DNA from: Legionella genomosp. 1
GTDB lineage: Bacteria; Pseudomonadota; Gammaproteobacteria; Legionellales; Legionellaceae
DNA length: 29,606 bases
Direction: 5' to 3'
Assembly (NCBI GenBank): GCA_945889365.1
Contig: CAMDBQ010000001.1
Span: 1 to 29,606, forward strand
This document shows positions 27,717 through 29,606 of the stretch, piece after piece. Each line of letters begins with the position of its first letter. The first letter of the stretch is position 1. Position numbers and translations under genes: made by a program. The notes under the pieces were generated by a model. It had not been told where the DNA came from and searched no databases. It was given only the letters and a program-made list of their open reading frames with translations.

Positions 27717-27872
27717 CTAAAGGGTTAAAGCCCGGGAACAACGGACACCAAGCGTGAGGAACTTACCGAGGCTGCTCTGACCGCTGCCGCCGCCTGACGC
27801 GAAGACCTGGAGCCACGCGGTGCCAGTCGGATCACCTGAGTTCTCGGTAGAGCTCCAGTAGCCGCCAGCCAA
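27717..27872 (-). other. Putative DGR variable region (VR)
   Basis: 23 of the last 50 codons end in C and only 3 end in A. NNC/NNT codons sit where the canonical template has AAC/AAT (GGC ACC, CTC, GTC, AGC AGC CTC GGT, TTC CTC). Confidence 0.75.
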
Positions 27873-29147
27873 GCATGAAGTGCCTGTGCAAGAGGTTAAC
27901 AACAGCGAAGGCAGGTTGGTCACCATGTTAGGCGTACCCGATACGCAACCAGAACCATTGGCTGCCGGTCCCATCTCACATATGGCTGGTAAATACCAGT
28001 CTGTAAAACCCCCGATGCTGGCCTTGCAGAGGCCTGATGCGTATTGTGTTAATGGGGTTGGTGCGGCTCCTCCCGATGCTCTATTCGCGTTGTAATACGT
28101 GACGATGTTGGTGGTGTCACATGAGCCATCAGTTCTACCATTGCAGGCAGATTGGCCTGTTATCTGCCCTGAACTGGGGATAGGACTTGCGCTCGTGGAT
28201 GTTTCAGAAATCCCGAAAATGGCTATATAACTGACGGTGGTACCCGAACCGTCAGAACTCCATATAATCCCATTCGGGTATGCGGCTGCCTGGTCTGTCA
28301 CTGCGGCCACTTTTCCGCCGATACTGCCCGTTATGGGCGTCGTATCATCAATCGAGTATATAAATCCTGATTGATACACGCTGGCCAATGCCACTATGTT
28401 TAGCGTGGGCGTTAGGGCGTTGGTATTTGCCCCCTGAACACTGAGGGTAATCGGCGTTGGGTTGGTGTTATAGGCTGCGGCACTCGCGGTAGCACCAGGT
28501 GTGATGGTTAATACGCACGTGCCTGCAGGTGCTATGTTTCCACAGCTGGCTGGCGCTATGGTCGTGCCCGCTGGCAATGCGGGGGATGGGCTGTACGTCA
28601 CGCTGCTTGCAGTTGATGTACCTGTGTTGGTGAAGGTGATTGTTCTTGGTACGCCGCTTGTTTTAAGTGCCAGTGTAGTGACGCTTGCGCTAATCGTTGT
28701 AGACAGGCTGACGGGAGGGGTCACCATAATACTTAAGCTATTGCTTTGACTGGGCTGATAACACTGTAACGGACTCGGATTGCCATCGGGCCCTTGCTGA
28801 CAAACTTTCGGGCCGGCATTAATATCTGCGTTTAATGCACTGCCTGTAATCAACAATGTTAGAGTGCAAGACGGATTACCGCCTGACAAGGTAAACGGAT
28901 TAGGGCAGTTCCCTGCCGTAGTGGTTTGTGTGATGCCGGTTATGGGCACCATCATCAGCGTATGGGGTGCTGGCGACTGATTGGTGACTCGATATTGCAC
29001 GGTGGCTGTCGAATTGGAGGGTACGGATAGCGTGGTGGGTGTTAGAGGTGTAAATGTCCATACCGGACTGCCTGCTTGAGAGGTTGTAGCCATGGTCAGG
29101 GCGGCTGCACCCAGTAACAAAGGCATCATGCGTTTATTGTTCATCAT
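27717..29147 (-). CDS. Secreted protein with Ig-like stalk and C-terminal DUF1566/Lcl (C-type lectin fold) domain; probable DGR target
   Basis: Sec-type signal peptide ending SQA; Thr/Pro/Cys-rich beta domains; GFIYSIDD..GGKVAA, DWYLPAICEM, YWSSTE...AW...F...GVRCSRAL C-terminal motif. Confidence 0.85.
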   Translation of the reverse strand: MMNNKRMMPLLLGAAALTMATTSQAGSPVWTFTPLTPTTLSVPSNSTATVQYRVTNQSPAPHTLMMVPITGITQTTTAGNCPNPFTLSGGNPSCTLTLLITGSALNADINAGPKVCQQGPDGNPSPLQCYQPSQSNSLSIMVTPPVSLSTTISASVTTLALKTSGVPRTITFTNTGTSTASSVTYSPSPALPAGTTIAPASCGNIAPAGTCVLTITPGATASAAAYNTNPTPITLSVQGANTNALTPTLNIVALASVYQSGFIYSIDDTTPITGSIGGKVAAVTDQAAAYPNGIIWSSDGSGTTVSYIAIFGISETSTSASPIPSSGQITGQSACNGRTDGSCDTTNIVTYYNANRASGGAAPTPLTQYASGLCKASIGGFTDWYLPAICEMGPAANGSGCVSGTPNMVTNLPSLLLTSCTGTSCLAGGYWSSTENSGDPTGTAWLQVFASGGGSGQSSLGKFLTLGVRCSRALTL

Positions 29148-29157
29148 TAGAGAGTCC

Positions 29158-29606
29158 TTACGAGAGATAACTTAAGCTAAATTGAAGTCCATTGGTGTAC
29201 AGGTGACTCAACGACAACCCTTGCCCCATGGTTTGACCTGATGCGCGCGCCAGCTGGCTTTGACCCCAGTCCGCAAACTCATACCCCATACCGGCCTGCC
29301 AATGCTGGTTTATCGCGCGCTGCACGCCAATACCTACGGTATACGTAAAGGCCGTTGTGGTGTTGGATTGGAAATTAGGCGTGGGTGTTGCTTGAAAAAG
29401 CGTTGGTGTTGACGTGAAATGACGGGCTTGGTTAAAACCCACGCCTAAACTCCCGCTGACATAAGGTTTAAATGCATGACCTAAGTCTTTAATGAGTTTT
29501 CCTTTCACTGCAATGTGGGTGTGCTGGACGTTGTAGGCGTAATTGAAGTTATTAAACTGCGGCAATGCATCATCCCAGATACTGCCTGACAGATTGGCAT
29601 TGCTGG
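29158..29606 (-). CDS. Outer-membrane beta-barrel protein, C-terminal part (gene starts beyond the right edge)
   Basis: Frame is open to the window end (…SNANLSGSIWDDALPQFNNF…). Alternating beta-strands PYVSGSLGVGFN, FTYTVGIGVQ, WQAGMGYEFADWG, GLQFSLSY. Stop is 10 bp before the next ATG, with the AAGGA RBS overlapping the stop. Confidence 0.8.
   Translation of the reverse strand, partial: SNANLSGSIWDDALPQFNNFNYAYNVQHTHIAVKGKLIKDLGHAFKPYVSGSLGVGFNQARHFTSTPTLFQATPTPNFQSNTTTAFTYTVGIGVQRAINQHWQAGMGYEFADWGQSQLARASGQTMGQGLSLSHLYTNGLQFSLSYLS

Noticed and set aside
27880-28749. Plus-strand ORFs 27880-28095 and 28501-28749
   Set aside because: Antisense shadows of the DUF1566 gene with no recognisable motifs.
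1-29606. CRISPR array, rRNA, dif site, DGR template repeat
   Set aside because: By eye I found no regularly spaced repeat-spacer units, no rRNA-like sequence, no dif-like 28-mer and no AAC-rich copy of the VR.

Overview
29.6-kb chromosomal window that is most likely from a Legionellaceae bacterium (inferred from gene content and order). Mostly housekeeping genes: rne (5' part, not in the ORF track), rluC, a HAD phosphatase, pgsA, tRNA Gly-Cys-Leu, alaC, recJ, cytochrome c5, an EnhA-like L,D-transpeptidase, purB-nadB-nadA, lnt, and a lysine-6-dehydrogenase / P6C-dehydrogenase / FadN / FadA catabolic run. Three accessory pockets stand out. (1) After tRNA-Leu: helically phased repeats resembling an integrative-element end, and an Rpn (PD-(D/E)XK) gene. 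(2) About 17.9-21.3 kb: a group II intron RT fragment and nested remnants of about five IS families around one intact GluR0-like channel gene that lacks the K+ filter motif. (3) The right end, the most interesting signal, which looks like a decapitated diversity-generating retroelement (DGR). An outer-membrane beta-barrel gene is coupled to a secreted Ig-like/C-type-lectin (DUF1566-type) protein whose last ~50 codons carry the signature of an adenine-mutagenised variable region. It is followed by a GCA-triloop hairpin and the first ~17 codons of an Avd-like gene cut off at the 3' end of fadA. I see no template repeat or DGR RT in the window. All family calls come from motif recognition by eye; no database search was run.
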